64,000 bases of DNA, taken from an uncultured SAR86 cluster bacterium (GTDB lineage: Bacteria > Pseudomonadota > Gammaproteobacteria > Magnimaribacterales > D2472). The DNA lies in contig CACLMT010000003.1 of NCBI GenBank assembly GCA_902608115.1, positions 40,302 through 104,301 of the forward strand, given 5' to 3'. The notes beneath the pieces were generated by a model. It saw only the letters and a list, made by a program, of their open reading frames with translations, was not told the DNA's origin and ran no database searches. The position numbers and the translations under genes were made by a program. Position 1 is the first letter of the stretch, and every line of letters begins with the position of its first letter. Positions 9,771 through 17,878 of this stretch are shown here, in pieces.

Positions 9771-10466
9771 TTACTTCCCCATTAAAGCTTCTGCTCTCTT
9801 TAAATCTTCTTTCTCATCTATATCAATACTATCATCTTCAGTCATTACAAAAGGCATGCTTCCATTAGAAGGAAAACCTTTTCTATCAAGAAAATCTTCA
9901 ATTGAAAAAATATATATAGCACCATTAGGTATATACACATCTTGAAGGTCTTGCCTTCGAGCATTTGATAGCTTTTCTTCAAAGAGCGATTCCAACCGTC
10001 CAGAATTTGAAATAATGAATGACTTAAATGGAGATTTCCTCATATGCATAACACTGATAAGTGATTCTTCTTTATTCTCAAGTAAGCTCATTATGGCTTT
10101 ATCAATGTGTTTAGAATTACGTAAAGGTGAAGTTGGCTGAAGATAAACAATAAAATTATTCTTATGATTAATATTTTTTGGAAGAGAATCAATAAAATGA
10201 TTAACCACGTCTATTGCTGAAGATTCATCGGTAGCAAATTCTACTGGTCTTAAGAGTGTTTTTGCTTTTAATGAATCAGCCAATGATAGCACTCTTAAAT
10301 CATCTGAAGACACCCATACCTCACCTATCAAAGAAGAATGAAGGGCTGCATGAATAGTATGTTGTACCAAAGGCTTACCATTAAGATTGAGCATGTTTTT
10401 GTCTATTAAACCTTTTGAACCCTTTCTTGCAGGAATAAGGCCTATAAAGCTTGATCTAGAAGTCAT
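9771..10466 (-). CDS. neuA: CMP-nonulosonic acid synthetase (acylneuraminate cytidylyltransferase)
   Basis: [39 protein letters not shown]. Confidence 0.92.
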   Translation of the reverse strand: MTSRSSFIGLIPARKGSKGLIDKNMLNLNGKPLVQHTIHAALHSSLIGEVWVSSDDLRVLSLADSLKAKTLLRPVEFATDESSAIDVVNHFIDSLPKNINHKNNFIVYLQPTSPLRNSKHIDKAIMSLLENKEESLISVMHMRKSPFKSFIISNSGRLESLFEEKLSNARRQDLQDVYIPNGAIYIFSIEDFLDRKGFPSNGSMPFVMTEDDSIDIDEKEDLKRAEALMGK

Positions 10467-12256
10467 GTGATAGTTTTGTTTTGATTGATTATTTCTTCAT
10501 ATGATCCAACTCGAAGAATTTTACCCTGATCTAATTCAATAATATGTGTACAACTTTCTAACGTAGTTAATCTATGAGCTACAATAATTAAGGTTAATTC
10601 TTGACCAAGGTTTCTGATTGCATCCATTACTACTTTTTCTGTTTCGTTATCTAGAGAGCTAGTTGCTTCATCAAAAACTATAATATTTGCCTTTTTATAC
10701 AATGCTCTAGCAATACCAATTCGCTGTCTTTGCCCGCCACTTAGTCTAACCCCTCTTTCACCAACTACTTCCTGATATCCATTTGGTCTATTGTCAATAA
10801 AATCTGAAATCATTGCTTTTTTAGCCGCATCTTTCACTCTAGACATATCAATTTTTTCTGGCATAACTCCAAATGCAATATTTTCTGCTATTGATGTATC
10901 AGCTAAGAAAATACTTTGAGGGACATGGGCTACTGTCTGACGCCACGCTCTAATTAAACTATCATCAATCTTTTGGTTATCTACTATTAGTTCTCCATTC
11001 GTTGGTTCTAGCAAACCCATAATTAAATCAAGTGTTGTGCTCTTACCACTTCCAGTGCTTCCTATTAACCCAATTCTTGAACCCTTTTTAATTTCTAAAG
11101 AAATATTATCTAAAACCAATGGGGTAATTTCACTATAACGAAAACTTAAATTACGAACTGAGAACGAATCTTTAATCTCTAATGGTTGGGGCTCATTTTC
11201 ATAATAGTACTGAGGAAAAGGTTGATCAAGGAGTTCTACAACATCATTGAGGGCTGCATGACTACCAGCTACTAATGACCAATTACCATAAATCTGTTGC
11301 ATTAATGGAAGTAATCTTTGAGCTCCTAGTGCTAACATACCCAATAGGGGAAGAGCTGCTGTAACACCTCCTGATCTATTAGTTAAAGCTAATACAAAAA
11401 TCGCTATCAATACCATTCCCAATGATTCCATTGCGTATCTGGGTGCCTGATTCATAAATCTATTTTCACCATTTGCTTTCATTAAAAGAAGAATCGCTTT
11501 TCTATAAATGCCAGTATAAATACGCTGAGTAGCATCTAAAATTACATCTCTAATTGCACCTAAACCTTCCTGCAAGGCTTTAACTACTTGAGTTTGTTGA
11601 GATGCAATTGATCTGCTATTTAACTCAAATCTTTTACTAGTTAAAAATGCAATTACGACATATGCAGACCCAAAGCTTAGACCCGCAACAATGGTAACTA
11701 ATGGATCAACAATCAACATTGTCATCATAATTGACATAAATAAAAAAGAAGACGTAATAATGGAAGTAACAGCTAACAAAACACCAGTCGCAGCGGTAAC
11801 CTTTTGAGTTATCCCGCTAATAATTTCACTGCTACTCCTCTCTATATGAACTTTAAATGGCTGATACAAAGTTCTTTCATAAACTTCAATACTTAAATCT
11901 GCTCCAGTCGCATTAGAGAGCTTTATGCTAACCCACAATAATAATAACCTTAAAGATCCAGCAATAATTGCCGCTAATCCAAAAGCAACAGTCAGTGGCA
12001 ATATAAGCTGATCACCGGAATTAATACCAAAAAAAATAATAAAATCTGCAAGCCATGGTGATTGAAAAACTTGCTCCGGCTGAGTAAGAATTCCAATAAA
12101 TGGAAGTACGGCACCTAAACTTGCAACTTCGGCGACAGAAGCAACCAATGTTAATATCAATAAGAAAATAAAATGTATTTTTCTTCTCTTACCAATATGG
12201 GTCCAAAGATCTTTAAATAACTTTGTTAATGAATTGTGGTTAATATTTTTGTTCAT
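10463..12256 (-). CDS. ABC transporter, fused TMD-NBD, PglK/MsbA-like lipid-linked glycan flippase
   Basis: N-terminal TM helices, Walker A GSTGSGKST, LSGGQRQR signature, VFDEATSSLD, AHRL. Confidence 0.85.
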   Translation of the reverse strand: MNKNINHNSLTKLFKDLWTHIGKRRKIHFIFLLILTLVASVAEVASLGAVLPFIGILTQPEQVFQSPWLADFIIFFGINSGDQLILPLTVAFGLAAIIAGSLRLLLLWVSIKLSNATGADLSIEVYERTLYQPFKVHIERSSSEIISGITQKVTAATGVLLAVTSIITSSFLFMSIMMTMLIVDPLVTIVAGLSFGSAYVVIAFLTSKRFELNSRSIASQQTQVVKALQEGLGAIRDVILDATQRIYTGIYRKAILLLMKANGENRFMNQAPRYAMESLGMVLIAIFVLALTNRSGGVTAALPLLGMLALGAQRLLPLMQQIYGNWSLVAGSHAALNDVVELLDQPFPQYYYENEPQPLEIKDSFSVRNLSFRYSEITPLVLDNISLEIKKGSRIGLIGSTGSGKSTTLDLIMGLLEPTNGELIVDNQKIDDSLIRAWRQTVAHVPQSIFLADTSIAENIAFGVMPEKIDMSRVKDAAKKAMISDFIDNRPNGYQEVVGERGVRLSGGQRQRIGIARALYKKANIIVFDEATSSLDNETEKVVMDAIRNLGQELTLIIVAHRLTTLESCTHIIELDQGKILRVGSYEEIINQNKTIT

Positions 12257-13293
12257 TATGATCTTATCTTAAAATTCCAAGCTGAACTGCACATCTCTTC
12301 TACCCCCTTTGTTGCAATCCATTTAAATGCTTGGGCGGATCGATGCACATCTGCATAACAGCTAGCCACATCTCCAGGTCTTCTAGATGCAAATTTATAT
12401 GGGATCTTTACATTATTAACTTCTTCAAAGGTACGTATTAACTCTAAAACGCTACAACCTTTCCCAGTACCAATATTAAAAATATGAAATCCTGCTTTGG
12501 CAATTGAAGAAAGCTCAATATCTTCATGATTAATTACTTTCAACCCTATATAATTTAATGCTAATAGATGAGATTCTGATAAATCCATAATATGGACATA
12601 ATCTCTAACTCCAGTCCCATCAATTGTGTCGTAATCATTACCGTAAATATTAATATGTGGTAATTCTCCATTGGCTACATTTACAATATGCGGCATAAGA
12701 TTATTAGGTATGCCTCGAGGGTTTTCTCCAATTAGCCCACTTTCATGAGCTCCAACTGGATTAAAGTACCTAAGACAAACAATCTTCCATCCATCCTCTG
12801 CTTCTGAGATACTTCTAAGCTCTTCTTCAATTTTTAGCTTTGTTTCTGCGTATGGATTATTGCTCGATAATGGATGCTTCTCATCTATTGGCAAGTACCT
12901 TGGAATTCCATATACAGTTGCACTACTGCTATAAATTAAATTTTTAACTCCAAAAGATCTCATCACAGAAAGCAAGCATGATGTACCATTGCAGTTATTC
13001 TTAAAGTACTCATTCGGCTTAAGAATTGATTCAGATACTGATTTTAAAGCAGCCAAATGAATCACTGCATCAAAACTATGTTTTGTAAAAATTCTGTTTA
13101 ACTCGGTTTCATCAGATATATTACTTTGATAAAAAGTAATTTTCCTACCCATTAAATTCTCTAAATCATCAATAGACTCTGAGCTGCTATTGGAGAAATT
13201 ATCTATTATTACAACATCATGCCCACTATCTAGTAAAAGAAAAGCAATATGAATGCCGATATATCCAGCTCCGCCAGGTATTAAAAAATTCAT
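12256..13293 (-). CDS. galE: UDP-glucose 4-epimerase
   Basis: GGAGYIG, SSSATVYG, YxxxK (YAETK), LRYFNPVGAH, DGTGVRDYVH. Confidence 0.93.
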   Translation of the reverse strand: MNFLIPGGAGYIGIHIAFLLLDSGHDVVIIDNFSNSSSESIDDLENLMGRKITFYQSNISDETELNRIFTKHSFDAVIHLAALKSVSESILKPNEYFKNNCNGTSCLLSVMRSFGVKNLIYSSSATVYGIPRYLPIDEKHPLSSNNPYAETKLKIEEELRSISEAEDGWKIVCLRYFNPVGAHESGLIGENPRGIPNNLMPHIVNVANGELPHINIYGNDYDTIDGTGVRDYVHIMDLSESHLLALNYIGLKVINHEDIELSSIAKAGFHIFNIGTGKGCSVLELIRTFEEVNNVKIPYKFASRRPGDVASCYADVHRSAQAFKWIATKGVEEMCSSAWNFKIRS

Positions 13294-13336
13294 TTAATTA
13301 AGCTGTTTAAACTTGAGGTTATAGACTGAACTAAAA

Positions 13337-14245
13337 CTAATCTATCTTTCTAAACAAATAATGGTTTGTTAGGATAAAAAATATGCTGAGCATGAATCCT
13401 ATAAATGTTCCGGCTATACAAATCATTGACCTAACAGGCGCAGATTTCTTTTCAGGCACATAAGCTGAATCAAGAGGCCGTAGAAGATAGTCTTTACGAA
13501 CATTTGCAAGCATTTCAGTTTCAAGTTGAGATTGAATTAATGCGTTGATTGAATTTCTTATATCTGCAACCCTATATATATTAAGTTGATCATTCAAATA
13601 TGTCTTTGATCTTTGAGCCTCAGCAATATCCCTATTTCTTTCAATATTGTTTAATTCATTAATAATCAAATCTAAAAAAGACTTTGCAAAATATGGTGAT
13701 TGGTGTTCTACGCTGATTGCCAAGAACCCTGTATCAATATCAATAAAAACATCTACTATTGAAAGAAATTTTTTATACACTTCATTTTCAGAAGGTAAAT
13801 TAACTAACCATTTTTGATCAGTTGTGTCATAAATTTCCTCATCAAAATTTATAGATTTGGATGCTGGATCGTATCCCTTCAAAGCCATTAATGCCGGAAG
13901 CACCCCATCAAAAGATGAAATATGCTTTACAAAATCTCTAGATCTTATGGTGTGCTTTGCAAGATCTGCTTTTTCATCTGTACCTCCACCTGATCCTAGG
14001 TTCACTCCAGCCAAAGCCGCTATACTTCCAAATTGAGAATTAGTGGATACTGTGCTTCCACTTGAACCTGCCACTTTTAAAACTACATCTGATTTATATA
14101 TATTTGGCAAGGACAATGAATAGAAAACAGAGCTTACAGCAAAAATAAATGAGATGATTATAATTAATCTCTTCTTTTCCCATACGATTGAGAATAATTC
14201 ACTAAGATTTATTTCATCATTGCTAGAGGCGGCATTATTTGACAT
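13337..14245 (-). CDS. wzz: Wzz/polysaccharide co-polymerase (chain-length determinant)
   Basis: DEINLxELF, N- and C-terminal TM helices, PxxKSAP motif before the C-terminal helix; AGGAG RBS. Confidence 0.85.
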   Translation of the reverse strand: MSNNAASSNDEINLSELFSIVWEKKRLIIIISFIFAVSSVFYSLSLPNIYKSDVVLKVAGSSGSTVSTNSQFGSIAALAGVNLGSGGGTDEKADLAKHTIRSRDFVKHISSFDGVLPALMALKGYDPASKSINFDEEIYDTTDQKWLVNLPSENEVYKKFLSIVDVFIDIDTGFLAISVEHQSPYFAKSFLDLIINELNNIERNRDIAEAQRSKTYLNDQLNIYRVADIRNSINALIQSQLETEMLANVRKDYLLRPLDSAYVPEKKSAPVRSMICIAGTFIGFMLSIFFILTNHYLFRKID

Positions 14246-14300
14246 TTTTTATGGCTCCTAATTAATATTTCTTATCGATTTTATCATGAACATTAATCAT

Positions 14301-14387
14301 TGGTGCCCAGAGCCGGACTTGAACCGGCACGAAGTTGCCTTCGAGGGATTTTAAGTCCCTTGTGTCTACCAATTCCACCACCTGGGC
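14301..14387 (-). tRNA. leuZ: tRNA-Leu(UAA), 87 nt, long variable arm, encoded CCA
   Basis: GCCCAGGTGGTGGAATTGGTAGACAC...AGGGA-CTTAAAA-TCCCT...GGTTCAAGTCC...CTGGGCACCA. Confidence 0.97.
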
Positions 14388-14411
14388 AAAATATAAAGTT
14401 TAAATCCTCCA

Positions 14412-14485
14412 TGGAGGCTGAAGCCGGAATCGAACCGGCGTAAACGGCTTTGCAGGCCGCTGCATAACCACTCTGCCATCCAGCC
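14412..14485 (-). tRNA. cysT: tRNA-Cys(GCA), 74 nt, encoded CCA
   Basis: GGCTGGATGGCAGAGTGG...GCGGC-CTGCAAA-GCCGT...GGTTCGATTCC...TTCAGCCTCCA. Confidence 0.97.
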
Positions 14486-14493
14486 ACTGCGTG

Positions 14494-14502
14494 ATTATAG
14501 CA
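14494..14502 (-). promoter_or_regulatory. Extended -10 promoter (TGcTATAAT) for the tRNA pair
   Basis: TGCTATAAT ends 8 nt upstream of the tRNA-Cys 5' end. Confidence 0.7.
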
Positions 14503-14539
14503 AAGCATTACTGATTTTAACTGAAACAATGGAACTTAA

Positions 14540-14887
14540 TTAAATTAAATTATTTTTATCTTCTTCCGCCTTTAAGGCTTCAATTTCAGTCTTAAGAGCC
14601 TCATATTCTTTCTCTTTTCTTTCAATAAAACTTTGCGTAATTTTCAATTTTTCACTTAAACCTGATGGGGTCAAAATATAGGCATAATTTTTTTTATTTT
14701 TAGCATTCTTGAAATTCTCAAACTTTAAAAATCCAACCTCTATCAATTGATTAACAACATAATTTACCTTTCCTAAACTGAATTTTGTTTGATCAGCAAT
14801 ACTTCTTTGATTTGAAATATCTGATTTACTAATTACATCCAAAACTTTGAATTTAGTTTCTATATCTATTTTCGTTTTATCGTTCAT
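14540..14887 (-). CDS. MarR-family EPS-associated transcriptional regulator (winged helix)
   Basis: NQRSIA...SLGKVNY...GFLKFENF...KKNYAYILTPSG..EK.KIT..F..RK..EYE.L pattern of the EPS-associated MarR family. Confidence 0.9.
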   Translation of the reverse strand: MNDKTKIDIETKFKVLDVISKSDISNQRSIADQTKFSLGKVNYVVNQLIEVGFLKFENFKNAKNKKNYAYILTPSGLSEKLKITQSFIERKEKEYEALKTEIEALKAEEDKNNLI

Positions 14888-14914
14888 AAAAAGTGAGGTT
14901 TGTGATTGTTTTTT

Positions 14915-14946
14915 AAAGAAAGTAGCTAAGAATTAACAGCTACCGC
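14915..14946 (-). promoter_or_regulatory. ops/JUMPstart-like RfaH recruitment site overlapping a terminator-like hairpin
   Basis: Minus strand GCGGTAGCTGTTAATTCTTAGCTACTTTCTTT: ops core GCGGTAGC (14939-14946), JUMPstart-like GGTAGCTGTTAA, stem GGTAGCTG/TAGCTACT, then a U-rich run. Confidence 0.7.
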
Positions 14947-14964
14947 AGAACAAAGGTACTTGTT

Positions 14965-14994
14965 TGTTCAACGTTGTACTGTTCAATGTTGTAC
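14965..14994. repeat. Tandem 15-bp direct repeat of a near-palindrome; candidate operator
   Basis: TGTTCAACGTTGTAC followed directly by TGTTCAATGTTGTAC (1 mismatch); core GTTCAACGTTGTAC is 12/14 palindromic. Confidence 0.8.
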
Positions 14995-15022
14995 ATTGTG
15001 AAGATTTATATAAATTAGTCAA
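14995..15022 (-). promoter_or_regulatory. Sigma70-like promoter TTGACT-N16-CACAAT for the marR/glycan leader
   Basis: -35 at 15017-15022, -10 at 14995-15000, directly abutting the tandem repeat. Confidence 0.55.
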
Positions 15023-15028
15023 GTTTTT

Positions 15029-15532
15029 TTATTTCTTTGAGATAATACTAGTGTCTACCTGAATGGTATGAGCTCTATTTAATAAAGAAAAGAGGATTTC
15101 AACCCTTTGCTCAGATATTGTCGCTGTAATGATTGCTTCCTGATCTTTTAAAGGCCCAGTAAGAATTTCTATAAATTCTCCGATTCTGTAAGACTCTTTG
15201 TTTGGATTATTAATGGATTCAAGCTCCACTTCTTTAAAAGACTGAATGACTTGATTATCAAGAACAGGATACTTGTCTCCAAAACGGATGATCTTAATCA
15301 CTCCTCGAGTAGATCTCACTGGTTTTATCTCTAGGTTGGGTTCTGATTTAAGAAATGCATAACCAGGAAACATAGCTTGTTTTTTTATTACTGTTTTGGT
15401 CTTGGATAATAGACTGGAATGTAAAACTGGAAAATAGGGTTCATATCCCTGATTTAAAAGATTTTCCTCTGCTCTTTTTCCTTCCTTGGGCTTGATATTT
15501 AAAACAAGCCAACCAAATTGTAATAATGACAT
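15029..15532 (-). CDS. rfaH: Transcription antiterminator RfaH (NusG paralog)
   Basis: W...KPKE..RAEENL.NQG...YFP, MFPGYAF, RSTRGV...RFG, C-terminal KOW (GEFIEILTGP); ops site downstream. Confidence 0.88.
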   Translation of the reverse strand: MSLLQFGWLVLNIKPKEGKRAEENLLNQGYEPYFPVLHSSLLSKTKTVIKKQAMFPGYAFLKSEPNLEIKPVRSTRGVIKIIRFGDKYPVLDNQVIQSFKEVELESINNPNKESYRIGEFIEILTGPLKDQEAIITATISEQRVEILFSLLNRAHTIQVDTSIISKK

Positions 15533-15538
15533 CTTCTA

Positions 15539-16093
15539 TTATTCGCTTTCTTCATTTTTTAAGTTAAATGAATTTAAAGTATATTGAAGCCCTGTTAATA
15601 AACTAATAATTAGGGCAAAAAACAAAAAGAAATCTGAGATAAATAATAAGAATGCATTTCCCAGGAATAGGGCTAAAAGGTAAAATGAAACTACAAACAT
15701 CAGTATAGAAGTTTTTATTTTGGCTAATAAAGTTACTTTTGTTCTATCAGATTGAGATAAGCGTGCATTAAACTCTCTGATTCCGTTAACCCAAATATCT
15801 CTTGAAATCATTAAAGCGCCCACAAAAGCAATGAATGCACTATTAAGCTCAATTGCAAGTGCAAATAAGAGAAAAATTATAATAATTTTATCTGAAATGG
15901 GATCTAAAATTTCCCCTATAACCGATGTAGCATCATACTTTCTTGCGAAATAACCATCTAAGTAATCGCTAATAGCAACAAAGAAAAACAAGAGCAGTGC
16001 AAAACCAAATAACTGAAAAAATACAATTAAAATAAATATCAGAGGTGCAAAAATAATTCTGCTAACTGTGAGAAAAGTAATAAATTTTTCCAT
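15539..16093 (-). CDS. pgsA: CDP-diacylglycerol--glycerol-3-phosphate 3-phosphatidyltransferase
   Basis: LTVSRI, SDYLDGYFAR...GEILDPISDK CDP-alcohol motif; follows uvrC. Confidence 0.88.
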   Translation of the reverse strand: MEKFITFLTVSRIIFAPLIFILIVFFQLFGFALLLFFFVAISDYLDGYFARKYDATSVIGEILDPISDKIIIIFLLFALAIELNSAFIAFVGALMISRDIWVNGIREFNARLSQSDRTKVTLLAKIKTSILMFVVSFYLLALFLGNAFLLFISDFFLFFALIISLLTGLQYTLNSFNLKNEESE

Positions 16094-16096
16094 GTC

Positions 16097-17878
16097 TTAT
16101 TTTAATCCCTGTTGAATACGTTCGCATAATTTTTTATTTACTCCTTTAACTAACATTAGATCTTTAGAAGAAGCATTTTTTATATTTTTTATATTTTTAT
16201 ACTTTTTTATAAGTCTTCTTTTCATTACAGGTCCAATTCCTTCAATCAAATTTAAAGCAGAATATTTAGTTTCTTTATATTTCTTTTTTCGGGAATTTTT
16301 TAAAGCAAAACGATGCGATTCATCTCTCACTTGTTGCAATAATCTAAATCCGCCGCTCTCCTTGGGCATTTCTATCGTGCCTTTTTGAGAGAGAATAGTC
16401 TCAGTAGCACGCACTCTTTTTAAACCCTTTACAATACTTAATACGATTGGTAAATTTGCCTTCATTGAGTTAAAAACATTTAAGGCAGTATTTAGTTGCA
16501 AATTACCGCCATCTATCAAAATAATATCTGGCAAAGGGTTACTTTTTATTTTGAGAATTCTTTTATTTAAAGCGTATTCTAAAGAGCCTGTATCATTACC
16601 TGATAGTTCAGCGGGAATGTTATATGTTCGATAGAATTTTTTATCTGGACCTCCTTCATTAAACCGAATGCATGAAGCAACTGCATTGGTTCCTGATAAG
16701 TGACTGATATCATATCCCTCAATAGTTAAATTTTGCTTTTTAACACCTAAAATATTTTTTAAATCTAAAACTGCATGAAGATATCTATCTGATACTTTAG
16801 TTTTATTTTCAATGATTTGCTTGGCATTAAGAATTGATAATTTAGATAATTGCTTTGCTGCTACAGGCACTCTAGAAGAAATAGGAATAGATTCATTAAA
16901 TTTTATTTCTATGGCTTGTTTTATTAAAAATAAATTATTTGGTTTAAAGGTTAATAAAATTTTATCAGGAAGCGAAAAAGAATTTTGATAATAAGAAAAA
17001 ATTAAGCTTTGGAGAATTTGATCCATTTCCTTGGAATAATCATCTTTAAAGTAATATGTTTTTGTACCTCTAATCTTCCCTTCCCTTACAGATAAAATAC
17101 ATGCACCAGTTCGACCATGAATAATGATGCAAGAAAAAAAATCAACACTTGTAAGATGGCTATTAAAAGATTGCTCTTGATGTAAAACATCCAAAGTAGA
17201 AAGTCTTTTTTTTATATCATTTGCTTTCTCAAAATTTTGTTGATCAGCATATTTTTTCATTTGCAATAGCATTGATTTTTTTGCCTTATCTCCTGAAGAA
17301 GAAACGTAGTGCTTAGCAAAAGAAATATCATCTTTATAATTAGTTTCTGAAATTAAACCGACACATGGTCCAGAACATCTCTTCATTTGATATTCGATAC
17401 AGGGTCTAGACCTATTACTAAAAGTGCTATCACTACAATTTCTTATATTATAAATTTTTTGTAGATCCTTGATTGTTCTCTTCACAGCATGAGCGCTAAT
17501 AAAAGGTCCAAAATGATTTTTTGAAACTGCATGTTTAGAACGCTTCATGCTGATACTAGGAAATTGATGATCCATTGAAAAATGAATATATGGATATGTC
17601 TTATCATCCCGTAGAAGAATATTGAAGCGAGGTAAATTTTCTTTAATCAAAGACTGCTCTAATAATAATGCATCAGCTTCAGTTTGCGTTGAAAAAGTCT
17701 CAATTTTATCTGTAAGAAGTTTTATTTTCTGCGTCTTTCTATCCTTTATAGATTGACCAAAATATGAAGAAACTCGAGTTTTTAAATTTTTTGCTTTACC
17801 AATATAAATAATTTTATTATTAGAAAAAAATTTATAAATTCCTGGAGTTTTGGGAATTTGTTTTAAATTAAGCTCCAT
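16097..17878 (-). CDS. uvrC: Excinuclease ABC subunit C
   Basis: GIY-YIG (PGIY...IYIGKAKNL), LRDDKTYPY, Cys cluster, YDISH, IDGG, RDESHRFA, HhH; ATG at 17878 preferred over GTG at 17884. Confidence 0.95.
   Translation of the reverse strand: MELNLKQIPKTPGIYKFFSNNKIIYIGKAKNLKTRVSSYFGQSIKDRKTQKIKLLTDKIETFSTQTEADALLLEQSLIKENLPRFNILLRDDKTYPYIHFSMDHQFPSISMKRSKHAVSKNHFGPFISAHAVKRTIKDLQKIYNIRNCSDSTFSNRSRPCIEYQMKRCSGPCVGLISETNYKDDISFAKHYVSSSGDKAKKSMLLQMKKYADQQNFEKANDIKKRLSTLDVLHQEQSFNSHLTSVDFFSCIIIHGRTGACILSVREGKIRGTKTYYFKDDYSKEMDQILQSLIFSYYQNSFSLPDKILLTFKPNNLFLIKQAIEIKFNESIPISSRVPVAAKQLSKLSILNAKQIIENKTKVSDRYLHAVLDLKNILGVKKQNLTIEGYDISHLSGTNAVASCIRFNEGGPDKKFYRTYNIPAELSGNDTGSLEYALNKRILKIKSNPLPDIILIDGGNLQLNTALNVFNSMKANLPIVLSIVKGLKRVRATETILSQKGTIEMPKESGGFRLLQQVRDESHRFALKNSRKKKYKETKYSALNLIEGIGPVMKRRLIKKYKNIKNIKNASSKDLMLVKGVNKKLCERIQQGLK

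Noticed and set aside
14293..14529. 78-aa ORF on the minus strand
   Set aside because: It is a translation of the tRNA-Cys and tRNA-Leu genes
14965..14994. CRISPR or iteron array
   Set aside because: Only two abutting units, no spacers, no cas or rep gene
16119..16146. dif-like sequence (CGTTCGCATAA...)
   Set aside because: Only the XerC-like half matches, the XerD arm TTATGTTAAAT is absent, and it lies inside uvrC
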